Of a stretch of DNA of 64,000 nucleotides, positions 53,175-64,000 are shown one piece after another. Origin of the DNA: Alphaproteobacteria bacterium (lineage in GTDB: Bacteria > Pseudomonadota > Alphaproteobacteria > MPNO01 > UBA830); NCBI GenBank assembly GCA_964291215.2, contig OZ219791.1, positions 1,856,001-1,920,000 of the forward strand, read 5' to 3'. The notes beneath the pieces were generated by a model, which was not told the origin of the DNA, did no database searches, and worked only from the letters and a program-made list of their open reading frames with translations. The position numbers and the translations under genes were made by a program. Within the stretch, counting starts at the first letter, position 1; the number at the start of each line of letters is the position of its first letter.

Positions 53175-53264
53175 TGGCGGAGAGAGTGGGATTCGAACCC
53201 ACGATACGGTTGCCCGTATACTGATTTAGCAAACCAGCGCCTTCAGCCACTCGGCCATCTCTCC
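53175..53264 (-). tRNA. tRNA-Ser(GCT)
   Basis: GGAGAGATGGCCGAGTGG...CTGGT-TTGCTAA-ATCAG, long variable arm, GGTTCGAATCC, encoded CCA; 90 nt. Confidence 0.95.
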
Positions 53265-54507
53265 AAGATGAGTGGCGAGTCTCACGCCGTATGCAAAGCC
53301 GTGTATACGGTTGGCCTTTCGCACTGTCAACATGCAAGACCTGCTCCGGTTCGGCCGGGCGGACCCCGCGGCCGATTGGAGATCTGAGGCGATACAGCGT
53401 GGCGGTCGCCATCAAAGCCTTGGCGCCGTCGTGCTGTCATGGGGTCCGTTGCGCGTCTTTCAATCTGACACCATCGAGTCCGTTGATTTCTGCATATCGT
53501 GTTCCCGCATTTTTCTGTGATGCTCGACGAAGTAGAGGAGGAGTTGGTATCCCGCCAGAGTTTCTCGGTTCCCGGCAGGGGTTGGCGTTTGCCGGGGATG
53601 AAGCCTGCCACGCGTGCGACCTCGATGGCGAAGACTTTGATGGTCGGTTCGGGGTCGGGAGGCCCACGCGGTTGGTGCTGTTTATAGATCTTGTAATTGT
53701 TCAGGGCCGTGATCTCGTCGCGGTGGACGATGCGGCTGGCCGGCGTGTCGGGCGTGCTCGACGGTCATGACGCGGCATGCGGTGATCGCGTCGAAGGCCG
53801 GACACTTCCTCAGGTCGTCGGCCTGGCCGGTCCTCGATCCGTGTGCCGACCTTCAGGGCCTTGAAGTATTCTTCAATCAGCCATCGCCTTTCGTGGAAGG
53901 AGACGGTGTCGAGGGCAGCGGTGACGTCGCCTTCGGTGGTGAGCAGCATCCAGTCGAGAGGATCTGCCGGTGGGCCGGGTTCCGTGATGTGTACGGCCAT
54001 CATGGAGAGCGGCGGCGTTCCCCGGGGCTTCCAGTCCGGTGGCGCAAGGTCGACCCTTGCCGTGCGGACTTCGAGGCCCTTGCGCTCCTTGCGGCGACGC
54101 GGCCCTCCGCAGGCTGCGATGTCGATCGGCCTGGTCGCGATGCACGGCTCATCGGCCATGTGGTCCCGAAGGTCCCGGTGCGCGCCCGTTGCGGTGATCA
54201 CGCGGCGGCATGTCGAGCGCCTGACGCGTACCAGCAGACCAGCTCCGAGCCAGCAGGTCCCGGATGTCGCCTTCACGGATCACCAGCACTTTTGTCGAGG
54301 GACAGGCCAGTTCCACGGCCCTGTCGTACCCGCCGGCTCTCCTTGTCGTCCTCCTCGTGATCCAGATCGAGACGGAAGTCTGCGTCGAGATGGAACAGGC
54401 CGAGGGCACAGCCGCCTTCGGTGAAGGCGGCCCCGGCGTGGGCCGCAATGCCAAGGGCACCCGAGCCGCCGATGTCGACAAGACCCGCCTCCAGGCTATT
54501 GTAATTC

Positions 54508-56105
54508 GTGCCCGCGCGGAAATGACCGTTTTGGCTGAGATTCCGGCGAAATTTCTGGTTTGATCGCCCTTCCGGGTCCTGCCCCGTTTTCGGGGGGATT
54601 CCTGCTGATTCGCAGTGGTATGAGGGCTCTTCCAACCGAGAAGCCGGACAAGCGGCTCCGTTCCCGCTCTCGGCGGGTGGGTGGGGTGGAGGGACGCCGC
54701 CGTCAGGCGGCGCGTTTTCGTCGTCGTCGGGCCTGTCTGTGCAACAGCAGGCGGTGGACATTGAAGGCCACCATGGACAGCGCCACCATCCGCGCAAAGC
54801 CGTCCACTCCATAGGACAGGACCCGGTCCATGCCGCGTTGCTCAAGATTGTTGATCGCCGACTCCACGTGCTGTCGGCGCATCTCCCGGAACGTCGTCTC
54901 AGCTTCCCGGTCCGCCCGACCAAGCTTTCCCTTCTTCGGCAGCGCGTCCAGCAGTTCGTCCAGTGCAATCCGATGGCTGTGGAACCCGTGATCGAAACTG
55001 CACAGGTCGGGGAAGCGAGCCTGTGCTTCCCATGGGTATGCCATGTCGCTGCCTTCCCACAGGATCCGGTGGTGCAGGAGGAAGCCGTGCTGGTCCTCCA
55101 GCACGGCCACCGGCACGCCGAGTTCCACCGGCACTTGCCTTTCACGCACCAGCGCTCCTCGAAGATCGAAAACACCTTCTCTTCCTGCGGGATCTTCTCG
55201 CCTTAGGCGGCGATCCACTTGGTCGATCTGCCGGCGGGCATGGTTGAGATACGACTGGATCTTGTGAATCCTGGAGGCCCCGACGCCCTTCTCCACAAGT
55301 GCCGAAACCGTCTCCTGCGCTCCAACTCCCGGCTGTCGTCGAGGTACCATCCTCCGAAGAGGCCCGCCGGAAACCTTCTGAAAGCGCTTCCCGCGACTCC
55401 GATGCTGCCACTGCCGCCACCCCCGCGAACACGGCCGCGCACCAGACAACGCATCGCATCCCACAGCAGGTTGACGTCCGTCGGGTAGTGCACCTCCACC
55501 ACGAACGAATCGCAGCGGCCCCGCAAAGGATCCGTCCGACTTGCTCTTGCGGACCATCGCATGGCCGCTCTCCGCCACCAGCTGCGATACCTTCTCCAGC
55601 ACTTCCGGCGTCAGATGGCTCACGTTCTCCAGCACCGTCCGATAGCTGTACCTCGTGTTGTCCCGGATATCGCCGTGGTCCAGGAACTTGCGAACCGTCT
55701 CGTTCACCAGCTCGTGCAGATGATCAAGGTCATACCCCAGGCCCTGCTTCAGGACACCAGGATCTTCCACAGCGCCGGGACGCTCTTTCCTGTGGGACAC
55801 TCTCGGAAGGATCCCCTCCTCCAGGATCTTGAACAGTCGGGTCGACGGGTCGGCATACACGTGCTGAATCCCGCGCATGTCATCCCGCGAGTCTTTGCTG
55901 AGATCGATCTTCTCGATCGCAACCTGGCCCAATTCCAGCTGCGGGCTGATGACATTTCGCCTGGCAATTCTCACGAAGTTTTCCGAAAATCCGGCGGATT
56001 TCCGGTTTGATCGGCCAATTCCCGCCCCAAAGCGAGATTCTTCGTCCCTTTTATATCAGGATTTCACCAAAAAAATCAATCGATTTTATATTTTTTCGCA
56101 GGCAC
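54508..56105 (-). mobile_element. ISNCY/IS5-like element, degraded
   Basis: IR GTGCCCGCG / CGCAGGCAC; 6-bp TSD TAATTC whose removal restores DTTFLN-YNSL; PQLELGQV..SRDD, RCDSFVVE.HYPTD, VESAINNLE. Confidence 0.82.
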
Positions 56106-56994
56106 TAATTCAGGAACGTCGTGTCCTGGATGGCAAGGATCCGGCGCTGCGGACGGCAGCGCTCCACCATCGCTTCCTGATGCCCCTCGAGGATATGGTC
56201 CATCGTCACCTCGGGGTTCGACAACAGACGGCAGGCCGCCTTCTGTTCCGCCTCGCCGGGGAAGATCATCGACAGGATCTCTCCGGGACGCTCATTCCAC
56301 GCCCATGGTGACAAGGCGGTCGCGGATGCGCACGTCACCGTGCTTGCTGCGGCTGTACTCCCTCATCGCCCGGTTGTCATCATCGACAAGGGGTGCGGCC
56401 TGGCCCATGACACGCTCCCGCCACGACATGTCTTGCCAAGCCAGGGGCTTCATCCACACCGCACGCCCTGGCCGGTGGCCCCGGGAGGTCGACCCGAGGT
56501 CATCTTCTCACAACGCTCCCGGCCTGCCGCCCTGCAGCTCGTGCCGGTGTGTTCGGGACCCGCATGGGCGCAGGCCGGAACCGGCGTCACTTCTCAGTCC
56601 GCAGCAAGCCGCCGGCAGGCCAGGACGTGGGAGGCCAGCTCCGGAACATTCACCGACGGAAGTATCAGCAAGCGAGCGTTGTTGACGACCTTGCCGAGGT
56701 GGACGTCACGCGCTCCCTGGGACCAGAAGTCGTCGCGCGCCTTCTGATGCCAATTGGCCGCACGGAACACCAAGCCGCCGAGGCGGCCGTAGCGCGACGA
56801 GGTGATCCGATAGCTCATCCGGGCGCCTCGCCCTTACATGATCAGGTTTTGTCCCCGTGATGATGCAATCACCCACAGCGGTCGGGGGCGGGAAAATGTG
56901 GACAGCCCCGACTGTGGGAGGGCGCCCGGTCCATGGTTGCAGAGAGATTCCGTTCCCCTGTGCGAACACGCACAGGGGAACGGGGATCAAACGA

Positions 56995-57136
56995 TCTCCG
57001 CGAAGGTTGCCGTTTCTGCCTTGGCCTTGCAGAGCCGTTCCCGAGCGTGGTCGACCAACCTCCCCTAGCGTCCCTTGCGTCCTGAATGGATGCCCGAGTT
57101 TGAGCCGTATCATCATGAGGCGAGGAGCAAGGGACG
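56995..57136 (+). ncRNA. Putative IS110 bridge RNA, copy B
   Basis: Two stem-loops (AGGTTG/CAACCT and CGTCCCTTGC/GCAAGGGACG) with segments matching the target and donor junctions. Confidence 0.65.
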
Positions 57137-57966
57137 ATGGTCAAGGTAGTGGCAGGGGTCAGCAAGGCCAGTCTGGACATCCGTGCGGCGGGTGCGTCGT
57201 TTTGCGAACGACGCCACGAGCTGGCGGGCACGTGGCTTCGCAGCCTCGAGGTGACCCGTGTGGTGATGGAGGCGACAGGCCGCTATCACCGCAGGGTTTA
57301 CCAGTGTCTTCATGACCGGGGCTTCGAGGTTGTCCTGCCCGCTGCGGGCCCGGCGTTTCGCCGAAGCGTTGGGCCATCTGGCCAACCGCGTTGACGCTGG
57401 CCAGGATCGGCACGGTGCGATCTCGAGCCTGTGGCCCCTCAGGAAGCCTTTCTCAACTGCCTGGGGGATCTCCTGGCATCGCGCGCCGCGCTTGTCGATG
57501 CCAGGCAGGTGGCAGATGAGGTGGATGACAAGACCGTCACAAGGGCCTCGGCGGCCGATTTCGATGATTGCCGGTGCGGCAATCAAAGCGGTGATCGCCG
57601 GTGATCCCGAGCAGAGGTACGGCATCCTGACCTCGATCCGGTGACCGCCGCCGCCCTTCTGGATGCCCGAACTCGGCAGCGTCGGCAGCCTTGATCGGGG
57701 TGGCGCCGATGGCCGACGACAGCGACCATGGTGCCCGGCACATCCGAGGCGGGCGCAGAAGGCCACGCGATCTCCTGTTCATGGCCGCAACCTCGGCGGC
57801 ACGCTTCAACGCGGACCTGGTGTTCGAACGCCTCGAGACCGCCGGCAAGCAAGGTCGCGATTGTCGCCGCGATGCGCAACGTGCTGGCGAACACCTTGCT
57901 GCGACAGCAGCGTTGCTGGTCGCCCGAAGCACCGGCACGGGTGACCTGCGAGCGAACGAAGGAGAC

Positions 57967-58224
57967 ACGGCTCTCGCCCCTGCCGAGAAGCAGCGCCGTT
58001 ATCGGGAACGCCGCAAATCCCCGTCGTCCACCACCGAAATCCCCGTCGTTCCCGTGCGCAACGCTGGCGCGATGCGGTGGCTCGGTGCGTTGCAGGAGCA
58101 CTGTCGGGACAGTTTCGACAGTCTCCCCGACTCCCCGCGCGACACGGCTTGCGGAGAACGTTTGCAGATCATCGTCGAGGCCGACATCGAGATCCTCGAA
58201 GAGATCGAACCGCCACGCGGCTAG
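57967..58224 (+). pseudogene. Small passenger ORF of IS110 copy B
   Basis: ALAPAEKQRRYRERRK...LQEHCRDSFDSLPDS.RDT..GERLQIIVEADIEILEEIEPPRG*GRD; start codon eroded. Confidence 0.6.
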
Positions 58225-58872
58225 GGACGGGACACCCGGAACTCCATTGAACGTGGTAACGTTACCATGCTCGGGGACGTTGGACGGCAAGGTGGCCGCG
58301 CTCACGTGACCAATGGACGGCAACCCGCCGCCGGGACCACAAGCTGCATGTCGCCTCGCTCGCAGGGCAAGGACAAGGCGGAACCCCGGACCGCCTGTGG
58401 ACAACCACGAAAAACATCACCGCGGACACCCGCAAAAACCTTGCCTGGAAACATGGATGCTCGGGATGCCAGGTCGCCATCATCGCCAGGCGCTTGTCCT
58501 CGCCGTCGCCGACCGGCTCCACGGTGGCCTCGCCAAGCTCCTCCAGAGAACATGCGAGTGGCTTGTCGGGATAGTCCCGTTCAAGGGTGCCGGTGTTGAG
58601 GCCATGAGGCCCTGGTGCAGGAAGGACGATGCCGAGCGCCGAGGCAAGATCAGGTAGGGCCGCACGCGGCAAGGCACAGCTCGCCCTTCGCGTTGCGCCA
58701 GTCCTCGCGCTTGCACAATCCCTGCGCCAAGGACGAGCGCGTGCCGCTCTCGGCAACCGACGCCGCCTTCAGCCAATCAACCGTCGTCGCGGACAGATTT
58801 CAAAAGCCAATTCTCATGGGCCACTATATTAAGGCCTCATGAACGAAGAGTTCATCATGGTTCGTTGAAAGG

Positions 58873-59056
58873 CAGGGCTCTTCTTTTGTCCGGTTTCGTC
58901 CGACGAGGGGGCGTTGTAGGCAGATCTGGAGGTCCATTCGGGAGCGGATTTCGTTGTCGATATGCCGGTTCCGACCTTGAGACGATGCCACCAACTTCAA
59001 GAACGGCCACTCTGACACGGTTGTCCGCCGCCGATCGCGACAACAGAATGGTCCTG
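58873..59056. mobile_element. ISAs1-type MITE copy C (184 bp)
   Basis: Near-identical to 29425 and 29618 copies; perfect 10-bp TSD CGTTGAAAGG. Confidence 0.9.
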
Positions 59057-59132
59057 CGTTGAAAGGTTGCGCGTGGCGCCGAAGCCGCTTACATACTGCA
59101 CTTCGCAACACTTGCCATTACGAGGCTGCACC

Positions 59133-60812
59133 GTGAACTCGCCGCAATATGTCTATGTCATGAAGGGCCTTACCAAGACCTTCCCCGGCGGTCGGAAGAT
59201 CGTCGAGAACGTCTGGCTCAGCTTCCTGCCGGGTGCAAAAATCGGAGTCTTGGGCCTCAACGGCGCCGGCAAATCGACCCTTCTGCGGATCATGGCCGGA
59301 GTGGACACCGAGTTCGATGGCGAAGCTTGGGCGGCGGAAGACCTGCGGGTCGGATACCTGCCGCAGGAACCGGCGCTCGACCCGGAAAAGGATGTGTTCG
59401 GGAACGTCATGGAGGGTGTTGCCGAAAAGCAGGCGCTTCTCGATCGCTTCAACTCCGTGGCCGCGCGGTTTGCGGAGGGGCTCTCTGCCGAGGAGATGGA
59501 ACGGCTGATAGACGAGCAGGCGGAACTGCAGGCCGAGATCGATGCTGCCGGAGCATGGGAAATCGATCGTGAGGTAGAGATCGCGATGAACGCCTTGCGG
59601 TGTCCCCCGGGAGATGCTGATGTCGGCACGCTCTCGGGCGGGGAGCGCCGGCGCGTGGCCCTGTGCCGCCTGCTGCTGTCGCGGCCGGACATGCTTCTGC
59701 TAGACGAGCCCACCAATCATCTGGACGCCGAGTCTGTTGCCTGGCTGGAGCGCTATCTGGACGGTTATCCCGGGACCGTCGTCGCCGTCACCCATGACCG
59801 GTATTTTCTGGACAATGTCGCCGGCTGGATTCTCGAGCTCGATCGCGGCAAGGGCCTTCCCTTCGAGGGAAATTACAGCGCTTGGCTGGAGAACCGGGAA
59901 AAGCGCCTAGTGCAGGAGGAGCGCGAGGAGAGCGCGCGCCAGCGCGCGATCCGCCAAGAACTCGAATGGGTGCGCCAGAGCCCTCGTGCGAGGCAGGCGA
60001 AGAGCAGGGCGCGGCTTTCGGCTTTCGAGAAACTGGTTGCGGAAAGCCGCGACCGTGCGCCCGACCGTCAGCAGATCATGATCCCTCCAGGCCCTAGGCT
60101 CGGCGACCTGGTGATCGAAGCCGAGGGCATATCGAAGACCCTCGGGGGGAAGCTGTTGATCGAGAATCTCAACTTCAAGATGCCACCGGGAGCGATCGTC
60201 GGGGTGATCGGGCCGAACGGCGCCGGAAAGACGACATTGTGCCGCATGATCACGTCGCAGGTACAGCCCGACTTCGGCGTCCTGCGAACGGGCGACACGG
60301 TGGGGCTCGGCCATGTCGACCAGAGCCGCGACATGCTCGATGACGGCAACACGGTCTGGGAAGAGATCTCGGGTGGGCTCGACGTGATCGATCTCGGTGG
60401 GCGAACCCTGCAGAGCCGCGCCTATGCGGCGGGATTCAATTTTCGCGGCGCCGATCAGCAGAAGAAGGTCGGCCAGCTCTCGGGCGGCGAGCGGAATCGG
60501 GTCCATCTCGCGAAGGTTCTCAAGTCGGGCGCCAACGTGCTGCTGCTCGACGAGCCGACGAACGACCTCGATGTCGACACGCTGCGCGCGCTCGAGGAGG
60601 CGCTGCTCGAGTTTCCGGGCTGCGTTGTCGTGGTCAGCCACGACCGCTGGTTTCTCGACCGGATCGCAACCCACATCCTGGCGTTCGAGGGCGACAGTCA
60701 GGCGGTGTGGTTCGAAGGCAACTACGCTGCCTATGCCGAGGATTTCACGCGCCGCAAGGGATCGTCTGCTGAACAGCCGCAGAGTATCAGGTACAAGCTG
60801 CTCGGTCGCTGA
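59133..60812 (+). CDS. ettA: Energy-dependent translational throttle ABC-F ATPase
   Basis: [66 protein letters not shown]. Confidence 0.95.
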   Translation: MNSPQYVYVMKGLTKTFPGGRKIVENVWLSFLPGAKIGVLGLNGAGKSTLLRIMAGVDTEFDGEAWAAEDLRVGYLPQEPALDPEKDVFGNVMEGVAEKQALLDRFNSVAARFAEGLSAEEMERLIDEQAELQAEIDAAGAWEIDREVEIAMNALRCPPGDADVGTLSGGERRRVALCRLLLSRPDMLLLDEPTNHLDAESVAWLERYLDGYPGTVVAVTHDRYFLDNVAGWILELDRGKGLPFEGNYSAWLENREKRLVQEEREESARQRAIRQELEWVRQSPRARQAKSRARLSAFEKLVAESRDRAPDRQQIMIPPGPRLGDLVIEAEGISKTLGGKLLIENLNFKMPPGAIVGVIGPNGAGKTTLCRMITSQVQPDFGVLRTGDTVGLGHVDQSRDMLDDGNTVWEEISGGLDVIDLGGRTLQSRAYAAGFNFRGADQQKKVGQLSGGERNRVHLAKVLKSGANVLLLDEPTNDLDVDTLRALEEALLEFPGCVVVVSHDRWFLDRIATHILAFEGDSQAVWFEGNYAAYAEDFTRRKGSSAEQPQSIRYKLLGR

Positions 60813-60879
60813 CGGGCCGGCACCGGAATCCGTTGCGAAATACGAGATGGGTTTCGGGCGCCCTTCCCAATCGTCGTTC

Positions 60880-61283
60880 AGAGCAGGCATTGAACTTGGC
60901 CACTCGTCCCTCGCCACAGTTTTCCAGTTGCTGTCTTCCAACTCGCAGTCCCTGAGCGCGCGTCGACGGGAGCTCGAAGCAAGCCTCCCTCAGCCACGCC
61001 TCTCCGAGTTGGATCACTTCGCCAGTAACCGGCATGGTGATCCACCGATGGGCGCGGTTGATCATGTGAGCTAGGGCATCACGCACCAACCATTCAAACC
61101 GGAACTCATCACAGCCGCCGCAGATCAAGCGCGGCAACACTTCCACGACGAGCCCTTCGATCTGGATTGACTTGATGGGCACGTTACGGTGGCGTTACCA
61201 TTGCTTGAACTTCCGGATGAGTTTCCGCACGTTGCCGTTTAGTGTTGTGTCGGTGCCATCCAGCGCAGCAATATTGGCTTCTG
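60880..61283 (-). pseudogene. C-terminal remnant of a SMODS/CD-NTase-like nucleotidyltransferase
   Basis: NGNVRKLIRKFKQW*RHRNVPIKSIQIE.LV.E...EWLVRD..MPVTGEVIQLGEAW; cut at the IS end 61284. Confidence 0.6.
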
Positions 61284-62283
61284 GTAAGCGTTCGGTCACG
61301 AGGTGATTGCGGGCAATTTTCACCGGTTGAGGATGCGTTTCCAGTCCTCGCGCAGAGGCCTCAGCCAGATGTCCTTTTTTGGTTTGTCGAATTTCTTGTG
61401 CGTATCGTAGCGGCCTCGTCCTTTCGTGGTTCCGCGACACGGATCCATCCTGAGGCCTTGTAGACGGCGCCTGTGCAGCGCAGTGTCCGGACGAAGGTTT
61501 CGATGAGGAACGGGGTGATGTTGTAGCGTCTGGTCCCCTCATCGGGCAGTCGGCGTCGCATGATGGCGAGGATGCGGGACCCAGGGTTCGCGACGGAAAG
61601 CCAGGGCATGATGAGGAATCCCGGGTTATCGACCACCAGCGGCAGGTTCTTCTGACGCTGCTCGGGTGTCCATCCGATGAAGGTGTCGCGCGGGGCGATT
61701 TTCCAGGCGGCGGCGGAGAAGCCGAGCATGGCGACGGGCCATCCGTTGCGATCATGGATGGCGTAGCGCATCCGGGCTCCGACCAGGTTGTGTGGCCGAG
61801 GCAGTGGTAGCGGTTGACGAACTCGTTCCACAGCCTTCCTTGCCGTTTTCTGCCTGTGACGATGGAGCAAGCAAGGGGGCGGACCTCGTCGAGGGTTGTG
61901 GGAGGCGCGCCGTGTGGCGGTTCGCTGTCGGGTCCGAAGACGATGGGTCCGGGTCGCTCGTCGTTGGGGGGGCGGCAGGGTGATGAGGCCGTCGCGGTGC
62001 ATGGCCAGAAAGGTGACACTCGCCATCATGTTCTTGAGGCCCCCGTCGGGCCAGCCGGTCTCGCGGCAGAAGGCACGGGCGATGGCCGCACGGGTGGGGG
62101 TGATCAGGGAGCGCAACAGCGCCATCTCGTGCGCGGTGAAGTCACGGCCGTAGTAACGGCACTCGATCACCCCGGTTCCGTGAGGTCCCGTCGGGGGGGG
62201 GGGGGCGCTGATACTGTAACTTGATGTCTGGAAATTTGTCTGAGGTTTGCGCTTTGAGGCGTTTCACTGGGGGGCTAGCCCTG
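61284..62283 (-). mobile_element. DUF4338 ORF remnant with IS66-type right end
   Basis: RYYGRDF, LWNEFVNRYH.LG, LGFSAAAWKIAPRDTFIGW, VVDNPGFLIMPW, YKASGW; end GTAAGCGTTCGGTCACG; other boundary uncertain. Confidence 0.7.
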
Positions 62284-62289
62284 CCGTGT

Positions 62290-64000
62290 CATGACAAATC
62301 TGGTTGACAATGGTTTACGTGTTCACGCGTGTCTTTGTCCATCCCGGAACCCGATTTCCCGGCCGATTTGGTGACCCAGTGCGGCGCTGGTGTGTCTGGC
62401 CACATGATCTGGTGACCCGGGCGTGCTGCGGTAGCCGCCGAGATGGGCGACCAGGTGCACCGCATCGGCGAGACGCTCCGGTTCCTTCAGGGCGTACTTG
62501 TGTGCGTAGTCGCGCGAGTTCGCTGTCGGTGAACATCAGCTGCGGCTCGCACCTGGCGGCCGAGCAGGGTCATGATGCGCGATGACGGCGTTGATCGCCC
62601 GCTGCAGCCGGTGCGGAACAGCAGGTGTTCCACCCTGCATCCGGATTTGAGCACGTAATCCTCGATTCGCCAGCGCTGAAGGTAGAAGCCGACGATGTCG
62701 GCCGCCTCCTTCGCCAACCCGCACGGTGGTCAGCAGGCACCACGGGATCCTCACCTTCGGGCGCTCCCTGACCCCGTGCAGGGACACCGGCTTCGCGCTG
62801 GAGGCGGTGCCCGTCACGGGTGACGGACCGCAGCTTGCCAGGCGCTTCTGTCGCGCGGGCGTTCTTCCGGCTGGCTTGCTCCGTCAGTCCCTCGATCTCA
62901 ATCAGGCCTGCACCGCCGGCCATGACGGCGAACAGCCTTCCCTCCTTCAGCACCCTGTCATGCTTGGCGCGCAGATCGACGCGGGGCAAGCGCGTGTCGA
63001 ACAGCTCGAAGATGTCGGCTTCTCGACGGAGATGACGCGCGTCTTGCCGCCGGGGTGGCAGTGCCTTGAACCCCTCGAGCTGCGGCGTGTCTCCTGCGAC
63101 CGGGGCTTCACCGGACCCAGCACCCCGAGTGGCAGGCCGGTGTCAGTCACCGCCAGGGTCGCATGCAGGCTTGAGGCCCCGGTCTGGTTCTCACCTGCAG
63201 GCCGGGAGAAGTTCAGGTCCGTGCCGTCCGGCAAGAACCGTCTTCTGGCCACGGATGCGCCGGATGCTGCGCTCACGGTGCGGCGCAAGAATGTTCGCCG
63301 GCGTGATCTCCGATTCGACGGGCGACCATCCGGTAAAACGCATTGATCGCGGTGTTGTCGGCGCTGGGAGACGCATTGATCTTCTGACCGGCCGCCAGAA
63401 GGCCGGCGCTCCAGGCGCGCAGAAAGTCGCTTGTCACCCCCCTCCAAACTCGTTCTGCGCCCAGTCGTTCAGACCCTCTCCCGGCGAGGGCGCATGATCG
63501 ACCTCCCCAGCTTCCTGCGCGCTCCAGTTCGGCCACGAAGACCGTCTTCACCGTCTCCCGGTCCTGCCGGCCTTCGGTCCTGCACAGGAAGTTGGCCGCG
63601 CGCAGGCAGGGTAACCTTCATCGGCAAAACTGAGCCATGGTCGAAACGGTCCTCGAAGTCACGCGGCGCAGGATGCGTCCGAGCACATGGCTGGCTAGAT
63701 GCGGGCAGAGCACCGATGGCCTGATCAAGAAACGGCTCAGACAGACGATCAGCTGCAGGTGGCCCCGGCGCTGCCCGTCGTTCCATCCAGCGGTCCCGCG
63801 CTGCGCAGCCGCGGCAAACCCCGCCGCGCCACCCGTGCGCCGAGCCCACAAGATATTGGCAGCCGGCGAAGGTCGTCGCGGGTGTTCACGCGCAATCAGC
63901 GTGACCGCCCGGTCAATACGATCCCCGACCACGATGATCCCGAATGCGCGCGCCGGAACTTCTGCAGCGATACCAACAGGCGAGGCCGGCGGTCGATTGT
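62290..64000 (-). mobile_element. Degraded DUF4338 plus IS4-family element running off the window
   Basis: LSRFLIRPSVLCPHLASHVL, DGTDLNFS, LHATLAVTDTGLPLGVL, YLQRWRIED..LKSGCRVE. Confidence 0.75.

Larger units (their letters stand above)
56835..58461 (+). mobile_element. IS110-family element copy B (degraded) with CT core
   Basis: CT at 56833-56834 and 58460-58461; removal restores host WHPEG; MVKVVAGVSKASLDI, VVMEATGRYH, AGK..VAIVAAMR. Confidence 0.85.
53460..58826 (-). mobile_element. Degraded DUF4338 plus IS4-family (Tn5-like) element with two nested IS
   Basis: WHPE..SYRI..GRLGGL.FRAANWH..ARDDF..VVNNARLLILP; LAIQDTTFLN; WMLLTT..RWLIEEYFKALK; AGFIPGKRQPLPGTEKLW; ends approximate. Confidence 0.75.

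Noticed and set aside
53175-53264. tRNA-Ser as an island integration site
   Set aside because: No duplicated 3' end or integrase seen; the IS nest lies on the tRNA 5' side

Overview
High-GC, probably alphaproteobacterial window; the FN3-rich autotransporter and heavy IS decay suggest a host-associated or symbiont lineage, which is inference. Intact blocks: DMT transporter/amidase/Gfo-Idh-MocA, nitronate monooxygenase, two MetE-like enzymes plus a peptide ABC system, a NitT/TauT ABC system with an amidohydrolase, a large FN3/Ig autotransporter, hydrolase plus RND pump, soeABC, peroxiredoxin, bolA, tRNA-Ser(GCT) and ettA. These alternate with nested, eroded insertion sequences (IS66, IS30, ISAs1, ISAzo13, IS110, IS630, IS4, ISNCY-like) and two MITE families. 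Main observations: (1) two related IS110 elements whose left non-coding ends read as bridge RNAs, with guide segments matching their own CT-core target and donor junctions; both sit inside other IS elements and both carry a small passenger ORF. (2) A C16 tract puts the autotransporter out of frame with its SD-preceded ATG (candidate phase switch). (3) Microhomology-bounded short deletions riddle the mobile DNA. (4) A DUF4338-like module is shared by three IS families. (5) Toxin and defence genes (HigB, ParE, AbiEii-like, CBASS-like cyclase) are all inactivated. All family calls come from motif recognition by eye; no database search was run.
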